From the NCBI GenBank assembly GCA_965204745.1, contig OZ242010.1, forward strand, positions 1,408,001 to 1,472,000: a stretch of 64,000 nucleotides of DNA, written 5' to 3'. The translations under genes were made by a program, and so were the position numbers. This DNA comes from Candidatus Latescibacterota bacterium (GTDB taxonomy: Bacteria > Latescibacterota > UBA2968). The notes under the pieces were generated by a model that was given only the letters and a program-made list of their open reading frames with translations, ran no database searches and had not been told where the DNA came from. Each line of letters starts with the position of its first letter. Within the stretch, counting starts at the first letter, position 1. This document shows, piece by piece, positions 18,718 through 27,388 of the stretch.

Positions 18718-21700
18718 ATGCGCTATATCCACACCATCTACATCGTCTTGATTCTCGCGACGTGCGTCTTCGCCCAAGCCTCTATCGTCACTATCGCAGG
18801 GGGTGGGTTGGAAGATGGCGACAATGTGCGGGCAACGGATGTGATGCTCAACCAGCCGCGGGGCATTGCCTTAGATGCGCGGGGCAACCTCTACATCGCG
18901 GATACGGACCACCATCGCATTCGGCGGGTCGATGCGGCGACGGGCATCATCACCACTGTCGCGGGCACGGGCGAACCCGGGTTCTCAGGCGATAGCGGGC
19001 CGGCAACACGCGCCATGCTCAACGCGCCGCAAGGCATTGCGGTTGACAGCGCGGGCAATATCTATCTCAGTAGCGGAGGCGCGAATGACGCGCAAAATCG
19101 CCGGGTTCGGCGCGTCGATCCCGCGGGCATTATCACCACTGTCGCGGGCACGGGCGAAGGGGGGTTCAACGATGGCGTGCCCGCCCTGGAAGCCACGTTC
19201 TACGACATTGTCGCGCTGGCGATGTTGGGCGACGCCGCGCTGTTGATTTCCGATGCCGGGGATCAAACCGGGCAAGGCAACAACCGAGTGCGACAACTCA
19301 ATTTGACGCGCAATACCGTCGGCACCGTGGCCGGCAATGGCAACGCCCGGGCGTCCAATATCCAAGATGGGGGGCTGGCGCACCGCGCGGGATTAACCCC
19401 TGGGCAACTCGCCATCGCGGACGATGGAGACCTGCTGATTGCAGACGTTGCCAATGGGCGCGTCCGCCGGGTCAGCCGGGCCATGCAAGACACGACCGTT
19501 GTCGTCGTCATCACCACCGTGGCCGGGCGAGAGGCGAGTCCTGAAGAAATGCTTTACAAGGGCGATGGGGGGGCCGCGACGAGTGCGTTGTTCTCCAACC
19601 CGTCGGGCGTTGCGATAGACCAGCGCGGCAATATTTATATCGCGGACACGGGCAACCACCGCATCCGCATCGTGGAAGCGGAAACCGGCGTCGTCTTGCC
19701 CCTGGCGGGCACCGGCACCGAGGGCGTGGGGGCCGAAGGCGCGTTGGGCCTGTTGTCCGATTTGCAAGGCCCCGCGCACATGATGATCGACGGCGATGGC
19801 GATCTCCTCTTTATCGACAACGACCGCATCCGAAAATTGCGCGACCCAGGGTTTCGCATGCCCCTCTTCAACGCGCCTGCCGAGGACATCGACTTTGGCA
19901 CGGTCAGCATCGGAGATCCCGCCGTGCGCGGCCTGGCCGTTGAAAACCGCGGCAACCTGCCCGTCCGCATCGACACCGTCGTTTCCGACAATGCTGGGTT
20001 CCGCATCTTATCCGCCTTGCCCTTTGATTTGGGCGTGGCGCAACTGGCAGAGATCGAACTGGCGTTTGACCCCATCCGCGAAGGGCGAGCGCAGGGGATC
20101 GTCACCCTGACCACAGACGACCCGCGCACGCCTTCTGCCACAGTCCGCGTCCAAGGCACAGCAGAATCCGCAGCTATCGGCTTGTTCCCGCCGGACGTCT
20201 TGGTTTTTGACCCCACGGCTATCGGGCAAGCGCAATCCTCGTCCGTCCGCATTTCCAACTTGGGCGCGGGCGTGCTGGTCGTTTCCCATGCCGCGACGAC
20301 CGACTCGCAATTCGTCGTGGCACAAACCGACACCTTGCGAATCGCCTCTGGGCAAAGCCAATCCCTCCGAATCGCATTTCACCCGACGGCCGAAAACGCG
20401 CAACGCGCAACGCTCACCATTTTTAGCAACGCGCCCGCAACCCCGGCGGCCACGCTCCGGTTGCAGGGCTTGGGACAACGCGCCCGGGCAGATGGATTCG
20501 TCGATGAGGCGGCCAACGCGGGCCTAGGCGACCTCGGCGCGGGATTTGGCGCGGCCTGGGCGGATTACGACCGCGACGGGGATCTCGACCTGTCCGTCGT
20601 CCGCAGCAACGAACCCAACCGCTTGTACCGCAACGATGGCGACCGGTTTACCGACGTCGCCCCAACACTGGGCATCGCCGATCCCGGCGACGGCAGCGCG
20701 GGAATCTGGGGCGATGTGGACCGCGACGGGGACTTGGATCTCTACGTCACCAATTTCGGCGAACCCAACCGCTTGTTTCGCAATGATGGCGACCGGTTTA
20801 CCGACGTCGCCCCGGCCCTGGGCATCGCCGATCCCGGCGACGGATACGGCGCGGCTTGGGCGGATTACGACCGCGACGGGGATTTGGATCTCTACGTCGC
20901 GAATTTTGGCGCGAACCGGTTTTACCAAAACGATGGCGACGGCTTTGTCGAGCGTGCCGATTCTTTGGGCCTCGCGGACGCGGAAAGCGGGATTCAGCCG
21001 GCTTGGGGCGATTTTGACAACGATGGGGATCCGGATCTCTTTTTGGCAAACAGCGGCCCCAACCGCTTGTTTCGCAATGACGGCGACCGGTTCACAGCGA
21101 TTGAAAACAGCTTCAGCCCGACCGATGCCGGGCCGAGTTTTGGCGCGGCTTGGGGCGATTTTGACAATGATGGGGATCTCGATTTGTTCATCCCCTACTT
21201 TGGCGCGCCCAACCGATTGTACGTCAATGACGGCGGCAGGTTCACGGATCGCGCGCCGGCCCTTGGCCTCGACCACGATGGGCGCGGCAGAGGCGCGGCT
21301 TGGGGCGATTTTGACAACGATGGATTTCTCGATCTCTACGTCACCAACAGGGAGCAGCCGAATTTGTATTACAAAAATCGAGATGGGCAGGAGTTCATCG
21401 AATTGGCCGATACCTTGGGCCTCGCGCTCGATGCGAACAGCAGGGGCCTCGCGCTCGCGGATTACGACTCGGATGGCAAGTTGGATCTGTACGTCGCGGT
21501 GCAAAATGGGGCCGATGCCCTGTATCGCAACCGCGAAGCCGCTGGCAACTGGCTCGGCATTCGCCTGCGCGGCACGCAAAGTAGCGCGGACGCGATAGGC
21601 ACGCGCGTTGAAATTGTCTATGGCGACGACCGCCGCGCCATCCGCGAGATTTCCGGGGGGGCGTCCTTCTTATCTCAAGACGCGCCCATCGCTCGGTTCG

Positions 21701-23358
21701 GCATAGGCGACGCCGAGCGCGTCTCGGTGCTTTCCCTGCGCTGGCCGAGTGGCATCGTGCAGCAAAGGGATACGGATGAGTTATCGGTCAATCGCATCAT
21801 CGCCATCACCGAGCAGGCGCCGCGCCCGGCAGCGCGGGTGCGCTTAACCGCAGACGCGACCCACTTATTGAGCAATGGGGTCTCGGAAGCCGAACTCACG
21901 GCGCGAATCGTCACCCGCGAGAACACGCCCGTCGTCGCCAGCGGGCGCGCCGTGCGATTCCTCATTGAAACCGGGAGCGGCCTGATCATCCCGTCGCGGA
22001 CCTCAGAGCAAGTGGGCGAAGATGAGATAGCGGTGAGCGATGGGGTCGCGACCTCGCGTTATCGCGCAGGCCAAGACCCGGGCCGCGTGGTCATCATCGC
22101 GGAAAGCCAAGGGCTCGCGCCCGGCCGCGTCGAAATCGAACTCGTCCAACCCTTCGCAGAAGACGCCCTGACCATCCGCACTATCGCGGGTTCGGGGGAT
22201 GAGACCGGCGGATTTGCCGGCGATAGCAGCGCGGCAACAGACGCGCTCCTCCAAAATCCGCAGGGCATCACAACGGATTCCCGCGGCAATATTTACATCG
22301 CGGACGCGGGCAACAATCGCGTTCGCCAAGTCGAAACGGGCATCATCCAAACCCTCGCGGCAACCGCAGAGGGGGAACTCGCCACGCCGTCCGCCTTGGT
22401 CTTCAAGGGCAACGCGCTGATCATCAGCGAACCCCAAGCCCATGTGGTGCGGCAGGTACGCAATGGCGCGCTGGCCTCGTTTGCAGGCACGGGCATCGGG
22501 CAATTTGGCGGGGACGGGGGCCGCGCATCCAACGCCAACCTCAGACGCCCCACCGGTCTCGCTATCGATCAAACTGGCAATGTGTATATCGCGGATACGG
22601 ACAACCACCGCGTTCGCAAAGTCGATCCCACGGGCATCATCACCACCTTTGCCGGCAGTGGCAATCCAGATGAGGGGGCTTATGCCGGCGACAACGGCGC
22701 AGCCACACGCGCCCGCCTCAACCGGCCCCATGCCCTTGCCATTGACGCACAGAACAATGTGTATATCGCGGATACGGACAACCACCGCGTTCGCAAGGTC
22801 GATCCCACGGGCATCATCACCACCCTTGCGGGAACCAGCACCCCCGGATTTTCCGGAGATGGGAACCTGGGCACGCGCGCCCAACTCAACCGGCCACAGG
22901 GCATTGCCGTCGATGATCGCGGGCATCTTTTCATCGCGGATACGGACAACCACCGCATTCGCCTGCTCGACCTGACCACCGGCCTGATCCAAAGCATCGG
23001 CGGCACCGGTTCCGGACGCCTCGATCTCGAAACCGGCGGCGGCCTCGCGGTGAGCCTCAACACCCCTCGCGGCTTGGGGATCAGCCCCACAGGCACCCTG
23101 CTCATCGCAGACGCGGGCAATCACCGCATCCGCGAACTCTCCATTGCATTCCCCTCGGCGATCACAATGCCCACGAGCAATAAAAAGCCCCTCGACTTCA
23201 ACGCCGATGGCCGCGTAGATCTCCGCGACTTCCGCCTGTTCACCGCTGCCTTCGCCACCACCGACCCACACTTCGACCTCACCGCCGACGGCCACGTAGC
23301 CTTCGCCGACTTCCTGCGCTTTGCCAAAATTTACGAGGAAGTAGTCAGTAGTCAGTAG
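18718..23358 (+). CDS. Large secreted protein: NHL repeats, two ASH/Ig-like domains, FG-GAP repeats with ASPIC/UnbV, Ig-like domain, NHL repeats, C-terminal EF-hand/dockerin-like domain
   Basis: Signal peptide; YIADTxNHRIR repeats; WGDFDNDGDLDL repeats; DFNADGRVDLRDF at the C-terminus. Confidence 0.85.
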   Translation: MRYIHTIYIVLILATCVFAQASIVTIAGGGLEDGDNVRATDVMLNQPRGIALDARGNLYIADTDHHRIRRVDAATGIITTVAGTGEPGFSGDSGPATRAMLNAPQGIAVDSAGNIYLSSGGANDAQNRRVRRVDPAGIITTVAGTGEGGFNDGVPALEATFYDIVALAMLGDAALLISDAGDQTGQGNNRVRQLNLTRNTVGTVAGNGNARASNIQDGGLAHRAGLTPGQLAIADDGDLLIADVANGRVRRVSRAMQDTTVVVVITTVAGREASPEEMLYKGDGGAATSALFSNPSGVAIDQRGNIYIADTGNHRIRIVEAETGVVLPLAGTGTEGVGAEGALGLLSDLQGPAHMMIDGDGDLLFIDNDRIRKLRDPGFRMPLFNAPAEDIDFGTVSIGDPAVRGLAVENRGNLPVRIDTVVSDNAGFRILSALPFDLGVAQLAEIELAFDPIREGRAQGIVTLTTDDPRTPSATVRVQGTAESAAIGLFPPDVLVFDPTAIGQAQSSSVRISNLGAGVLVVSHAATTDSQFVVAQTDTLRIASGQSQSLRIAFHPTAENAQRATLTIFSNAPATPAATLRLQGLGQRARADGFVDEAANAGLGDLGAGFGAAWADYDRDGDLDLSVVRSNEPNRLYRNDGDRFTDVAPTLGIADPGDGSAGIWGDVDRDGDLDLYVTNFGEPNRLFRNDGDRFTDVAPALGIADPGDGYGAAWADYDRDGDLDLYVANFGANRFYQNDGDGFVERADSLGLADAESGIQPAWGDFDNDGDPDLFLANSGPNRLFRNDGDRFTAIENSFSPTDAGPSFGAAWGDFDNDGDLDLFIPYFGAPNRLYVNDGGRFTDRAPALGLDHDGRGRGAAWGDFDNDGFLDLYVTNREQPNLYYKNRDGQEFIELADTLGLALDANSRGLALADYDSDGKLDLYVAVQNGADALYRNREAAGNWLGIRLRGTQSSADAIGTRVEIVYGDDRRAIREISGGASFLSQDAPIARFGIGDAERVSVLSLRWPSGIVQQRDTDELSVNRIIAITEQAPRPAARVRLTADATHLLSNGVSEAELTARIVTRENTPVVASGRAVRFLIETGSGLIIPSRTSEQVGEDEIAVSDGVATSRYRAGQDPGRVVIIAESQGLAPGRVEIELVQPFAEDALTIRTIAGSGDETGGFAGDSSAATDALLQNPQGITTDSRGNIYIADAGNNRVRQVETGIIQTLAATAEGELATPSALVFKGNALIISEPQAHVVRQVRNGALASFAGTGIGQFGGDGGRASNANLRRPTGLAIDQTGNVYIADTDNHRVRKVDPTGIITTFAGSGNPDEGAYAGDNGAATRARLNRPHALAIDAQNNVYIADTDNHRVRKVDPTGIITTLAGTSTPGFSGDGNLGTRAQLNRPQGIAVDDRGHLFIADTDNHRIRLLDLTTGLIQSIGGTGSGRLDLETGGGLAVSLNTPRGLGISPTGTLLIADAGNHRIRELSIAFPSAITMPTSNKKPLDFNADGRVDLRDFRLFTAAFATTDPHFDLTADGHVAFADFLRFAKIYEEVVSSQ

Positions 23359-23483
23359 TCAGTAGTCAGTAGTCAGTAGTCAGTAGTCAGTAGTCAGTAG
23401 TCAGTAGTCAGTAGTCAGTAGTCAGTAGTCAGTAGTCAGTAGTCAGTAGTCAGTAGTCAGTAGTCAGTAGTCAGTAGTCAGTA
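23341..23483. repeat. Perfect heptamer tandem repeat (GTAGTCA) x ~20
   Basis: Read directly; supplies the stop codon of the upstream gene and resumes after the IS at 24468. Confidence 0.95.
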
Positions 23484-24467
23484 ATGCGAATTAAGAGTTG
23501 AATCCATCGCGTACTTGTCTTTTCTTGAGGGCTCAGTCATTTCACCCTTAAAGGAAGGAGCACGCGATGGATTGGCAAGATAAACTCATTCACTTGTATG
23601 TCTATATTTGTCAGCAGTATGACCAAAAGCATCTGTGGTTTTATACACAACGCATGAGCAATAACGATACGCCGACCTTCACAGATGAAGAAGTGCTGAC
23701 GATCTATTTGTTTGGGATCATGCAACAGCACACGCAGATCAAGGCGATTTATACCTATACCAAGGATCATCTTTCCGACTGGTTTCCCCATCTGCCCACT
23801 TATGCAGGCTATATCCAGCGGTTGAACCGCTTGTGTGTGGTCTTCGCGCCATTGATTGAACAAATCCAAAAGGACAGTCCCGCAACCGATCTCTCTGAAC
23901 ACACCTACTTGGTGGATTCCATGCCGATTGTCATGGCACAATCGGCACGCAGCGGTCAGGCGTGTGTGGCCGAAGAACAACTGGCCAACAAAGGCCGCTG
24001 CGCTTCCAAAAAGATGTGGTATTACGGCACCAAACTGCACATTGTCGCACAAGACCGTGAGAACGGCCTCCCGAAAGCAGAGTACATCGGCTTGACAGGT
24101 GCAGCAGAGCATGACCTGACCGCTTTGCGACAAGTCTTACCCGTTTTGCGTGATGGACACCTCTACGGCGATAAAATCTACGCCGATCAGCCCTTAAAAG
24201 ACACGCTTAGCAAACAGCAGAACCTGATCTTCGAGACGCCGGTGAAGCGCAAGAAGGGACAAGAAAGCCTGACCGAAGCCGAAAAAGACTATTCTCGGGC
24301 GGTTTCGAGCATACGACAGCCGATTGAGGCCTTGTTCAGTTGGATTGAACGAAAGACGAACATCTCGATGGCGTCTCGGGTACGATCCTATGAGGGCTTA
24401 CTCGTTCATGTCTTTGGGCGATTGACCGCGGCTTGCTTCTTACTCGCTTTCTACTCTTAATTCGCAT
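23484..24467 (+). mobile_element. IS982-family element
   Basis: TIRs ATGCGAATTAAGAGT / ACTCTTAATTCGCAT; CAGTA on both flanks. Confidence 0.88.
23567..24460 (+). CDS. IS982-family DDE transposase
   Basis: VDSMP, YYGTKLH, YGDKIY and RQPIEALF motifs. Confidence 0.9.
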   Translation: MDWQDKLIHLYVYICQQYDQKHLWFYTQRMSNNDTPTFTDEEVLTIYLFGIMQQHTQIKAIYTYTKDHLSDWFPHLPTYAGYIQRLNRLCVVFAPLIEQIQKDSPATDLSEHTYLVDSMPIVMAQSARSGQACVAEEQLANKGRCASKKMWYYGTKLHIVAQDRENGLPKAEYIGLTGAAEHDLTALRQVLPVLRDGHLYGDKIYADQPLKDTLSKQQNLIFETPVKRKKGQESLTEAEKDYSRAVSSIRQPIEALFSWIERKTNISMASRVRSYEGLLVHVFGRLTAACFLLAFYS

Positions 24468-24557
24468 CAGTAGTCAGTCCCCGCTCCGCCCTACCGCCAC
24501 TCGTCCATTCCAGCGCACGCGCAACGTCAGTAATCCAGTAACTTTCCGGCGGCGGGG

Positions 24558-25005
24558 CGAGGGGACCTATCCCCCGGCCCCGTTATTCGCTTCGCTCATT
24601 GTAGGCTACGCCTGTGCCTACGAGGAAAGGGGAGTAAAGTTCCTTGATGGCTTCTAAGCTCTGGTTGCTCTGATGGCGTTTTGCGAGGGGACCTATCCCC
24701 CGGCCCCGTTATTCGCTTCGCTCATTGTAGGCTACGCCTGTGCCTACGAGGAAAGGGGAGTAAAGCACCTTTGATGGCTTCTCGCTCTGGTTTCTCTGAT
24801 GGCGTTGCGCGAGGGGACCTATCCCCCGGCCCCTTTCCTACAAGGAAAGGGGAGTAAAGTGCCTTTGATGGCTTATATCTCTAGTTGCTCTGATGGCGTT
24901 GCGCGAGGGCATAAAGCGATTAAATATCCCTCACACCATCCCCCCGCAAAACCCATCCGCGTTCCCCCCTTCCTTGCAGGAAGGGGGGTTAGGGGGGTAG
25001 GTCCC
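24558..25005. repeat. Tandem cluster of REP-like palindromes (about 3-4 units)
   Basis: GAGGGGACCTATCCCCCGGCCCC...GGAAAGGGGAGTAAAG repeated three times, then a CCCCCCTTCC..GGAAGGGGGG hairpin. Confidence 0.8.
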
Positions 25006-25015
25006 GCCATTCCCC

Positions 25016-25885
25016 CTTGTATCTTGGAAGTAAGGGTTAATTAGGAGTTGCGCCCTCGTATCGAGACGAGACATCTTGATGCCCGGCTCGGGGAAGGCCG
25101 GCCCCCCTTGAAGGCGATGACCTTGTCAGGAAGAGAGGCCCCCCGACCGCCGAGTCTATGCCGAAGCGTATCTAAGTCCATTGAGGCTGCATAGACAAGA
25201 CCGGTAGACTTGGCGTGAAAAGGTCGGGACTCGAGCGCACATCAGACCCCCTTAGACCCCTCATCACAGGAGGCCCCCATGTCGAACTCTCAACCCGCTT
25301 TTGCCGGCATTGATGTCAGTGCCCGCAACTTGTCCGTTGCCCTGTCCCTGCCTGGACAAGGTGTCATGCAAACGACCTTTGACAATGATTCCCGGGCGCA
25401 CAAGCGGTTGCTGAAGTGGCTCACCAAGGGCGGGCACATGGTCTCTGTCTGCCTCGAAATGACCGGATTTTATAGCCTGGAGGTGGCCTTGGCCTTGCAT
25501 CGGCATCGCCGCACGCAGGTCATGGTCATCAATCCCAAGGCGATGAGCAAGTACGCCCAAGCGTGCATGCAAGGGACAAAGACGGATGCGAAGGATGCGT
25601 TGTTGATCCTCGATTATGCCGAGCACATGCCCTTTGTGCCTTGGCAACCGCCGAGCGAGCACCTGCTCCAACTGCAAGCCCTGACCACACGGATTAACCA
25701 ACTCAAGCAGGAGATCAGCCGCGAACAGAGCCACAGCCACGCGCAGGGCTACCACACCCGGAGCACACGTCTCATCGCACGCGATATTCAGGTGAATATT
25801 CGATACCTCAAACGCCGGATTGCATACTTGGAAGGCCAAGCCCTCGATCTCGTTTTGCAGGACGAGACCCAAAAGCGTAGCCTAC
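25016..25885 (+). mobile_element. IS110 element copy 3, diverged and 3'-truncated
   Basis: Same left end GTATCTTGGAAGTAAGGG; homology to copy 2 stops near 25885. Confidence 0.88.
25079..25216 (+). ncRNA. IS110 bridge RNA variant with altered target guides
   Basis: Guides CCCCCCTT (25102) and CAGGAAG (25127) within a conserved scaffold. Confidence 0.75.
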
Positions 25886-25899
25886 AACGAAGCGAGTAA
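25279..25899 (+). pseudogene. Truncated IS110 transposase (lacks the catalytic-Ser Tnp domain)
   Basis: DEDD domain present; ORF ends at 206 aa inside a REP sequence. Confidence 0.85.
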
Positions 25900-25999
25900 C
25901 GGGGGTTAGGGTCCCGATAATGTAGCGTTCCTTTGATGGCTTATAGCTATGGCTACTCTAATGGCGTTGCGCGAGGGCATAAAGCGATTAAATATCCCT

Positions 26000-26282
26000 C
26001 ATCAATACCCTCGCAAAACCGCTCCGATCAAGCCATCACGCACAGCGCGCAAGTCCGTCTCGCAACCAACATCCATCTTGCAACCCACCTTGCAGGCTGA
26101 CGCCTATCGTTCTGTTACAAAAGCGTTTTGCGCTGTGCAAGCCTCTCGGCGTTTGAGAGCGGCATTTTTGAACTGCTGGGGCAGTTGTACCCCGCTCGCC
26201 TACTTTTTTTTGCTGTTGAAAAAAAGTAGGTCGCCGAAGGCATCGGAGGCAACCAACGAGGCTATAAGGCCAAACGTTTTAG
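26000..26282 (+). repeat. Internal segment of the MITE family
   Basis: Reverse-complement similarity to 50190-50465. Confidence 0.7.
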
Positions 26283-26395
26283 ACCAGCATCGCATGATCC
26301 CTACGGAACGTCTATTCCTCATTCATTCCTGATGTGAGGCAGGATGCGGACAAGATAAAATCAAATTGGTATTACTTCTCACCACTGGAATCCCC

Positions 26396-26830
26396 ATGTC
26401 ACACGCACAAATTGGCGACCGCGTATCGGTCTATTACAAAGGCATTTTGGACGACGGCACCATTGCCGAAGGCACGGCTGAGGGCGATCCGTACGAATTT
26501 ACCGTCGGCGATGAGGCGGTGAAACGCATCTTTACGCGCCTCGTGCTCGGCATGGCAGAAGGCGAGTCGCGCACGGTCGTCCTGTCTCCGGAAGAGGCGT
26601 TTGGCCCGTACAATCCGGATTTTGTGATCGAGGTTGCGCGGTCCAAATTTCCACCGGACGCGCCGCTCGAAAAGGGCGTGCGGATGGAGGTGCGCGCCGA
26701 GCCGGATGGCACGCCTGTCGAGGTGTCCGTCCTCAACGTGACGCCCGAAACCGTAACCTTAGACGGCAACCACCCGCTGGCCGGGCGCGAAGTGACCATG
26801 ACGATGCAGTTGCTGGAGATCGCGGGCTAA
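26396..26830 (+). CDS. FKBP-type peptidyl-prolyl isomerase (SlyD/FkpB-like)
   Basis: GDRVSVYYKG, PEEAFG and LDGNHPLAG motifs. Confidence 0.88.
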   Translation: MSHAQIGDRVSVYYKGILDDGTIAEGTAEGDPYEFTVGDEAVKRIFTRLVLGMAEGESRTVVLSPEEAFGPYNPDFVIEVARSKFPPDAPLEKGVRMEVRAEPDGTPVEVSVLNVTPETVTLDGNHPLAGREVTMTMQLLEIAG

Positions 26831-26852
26831 CCGCGCTTCCAAAGGGGATGAG

Positions 26853-27362
26853 ATGGGGCGTCAACTGGGCATGATCGCGTTTTGTCTCGCGCTGTTCGCG
26901 TGCGGCCCCGATGTCCAAATCGTAGAGGACGGGCACGAGAAATACCACGTGTATTGGGATGACGGGCACGAGCGGTATTTCAGGCACGGGGCTTACCAGT
27001 CGTTTTACGAAAGTGGCCGCGTGCGGTCGGCAGGCGAGTACGAGCACGACGTCAAAGTTGGGGTTTGGACGCACTGGTACGAGAACGGGCAAAAACAAGG
27101 AGAGATGGACTGGGTCGACGGCAAACCCGAAGGCGTGGTCGAGGAATGGTACGAAAATGGACAACTCAAGAACGCGGGCACCTGGAAAAATGGCGGGCGG
27201 CACGGGCTTTCGACTTGGTGGTACGCGCATGGCGTCAAACAAAAGGAAGTGACCTACGTCAATGGCGAACCCGATGGCATCTGGACGTACTGGGATTCAA
27301 CCGGCGCAGTCACAAAAAAACAATTCTGGAATCGCGGCGCATTCCTGCGCGTCGAAGAATGA
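26853..27362 (+). CDS. MORN-variant repeat (YwqK-like) lipoprotein
   Basis: LFAC lipobox; repeated WYENGQ..G units. Confidence 0.8.
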   Translation: MGRQLGMIAFCLALFACGPDVQIVEDGHEKYHVYWDDGHERYFRHGAYQSFYESGRVRSAGEYEHDVKVGVWTHWYENGQKQGEMDWVDGKPEGVVEEWYENGQLKNAGTWKNGGRHGLSTWWYAHGVKQKEVTYVNGEPDGIWTYWDSTGAVTKKQFWNRGAFLRVEE

Positions 27363-27388
27363 CGCCGCCAAAAATTCAAGGAGTGAAC

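Noticed and set aside
23341-23483. Heptamer tract as a CRISPR or telomere-like structure
   Set aside because: No spacers; an internal simple tandem repeat
27065-27388. N-terminal extension of Pol I in the ORF track
   Set aside because: Overlaps the MORN-repeat gene; homology and RBS support the start at 27389
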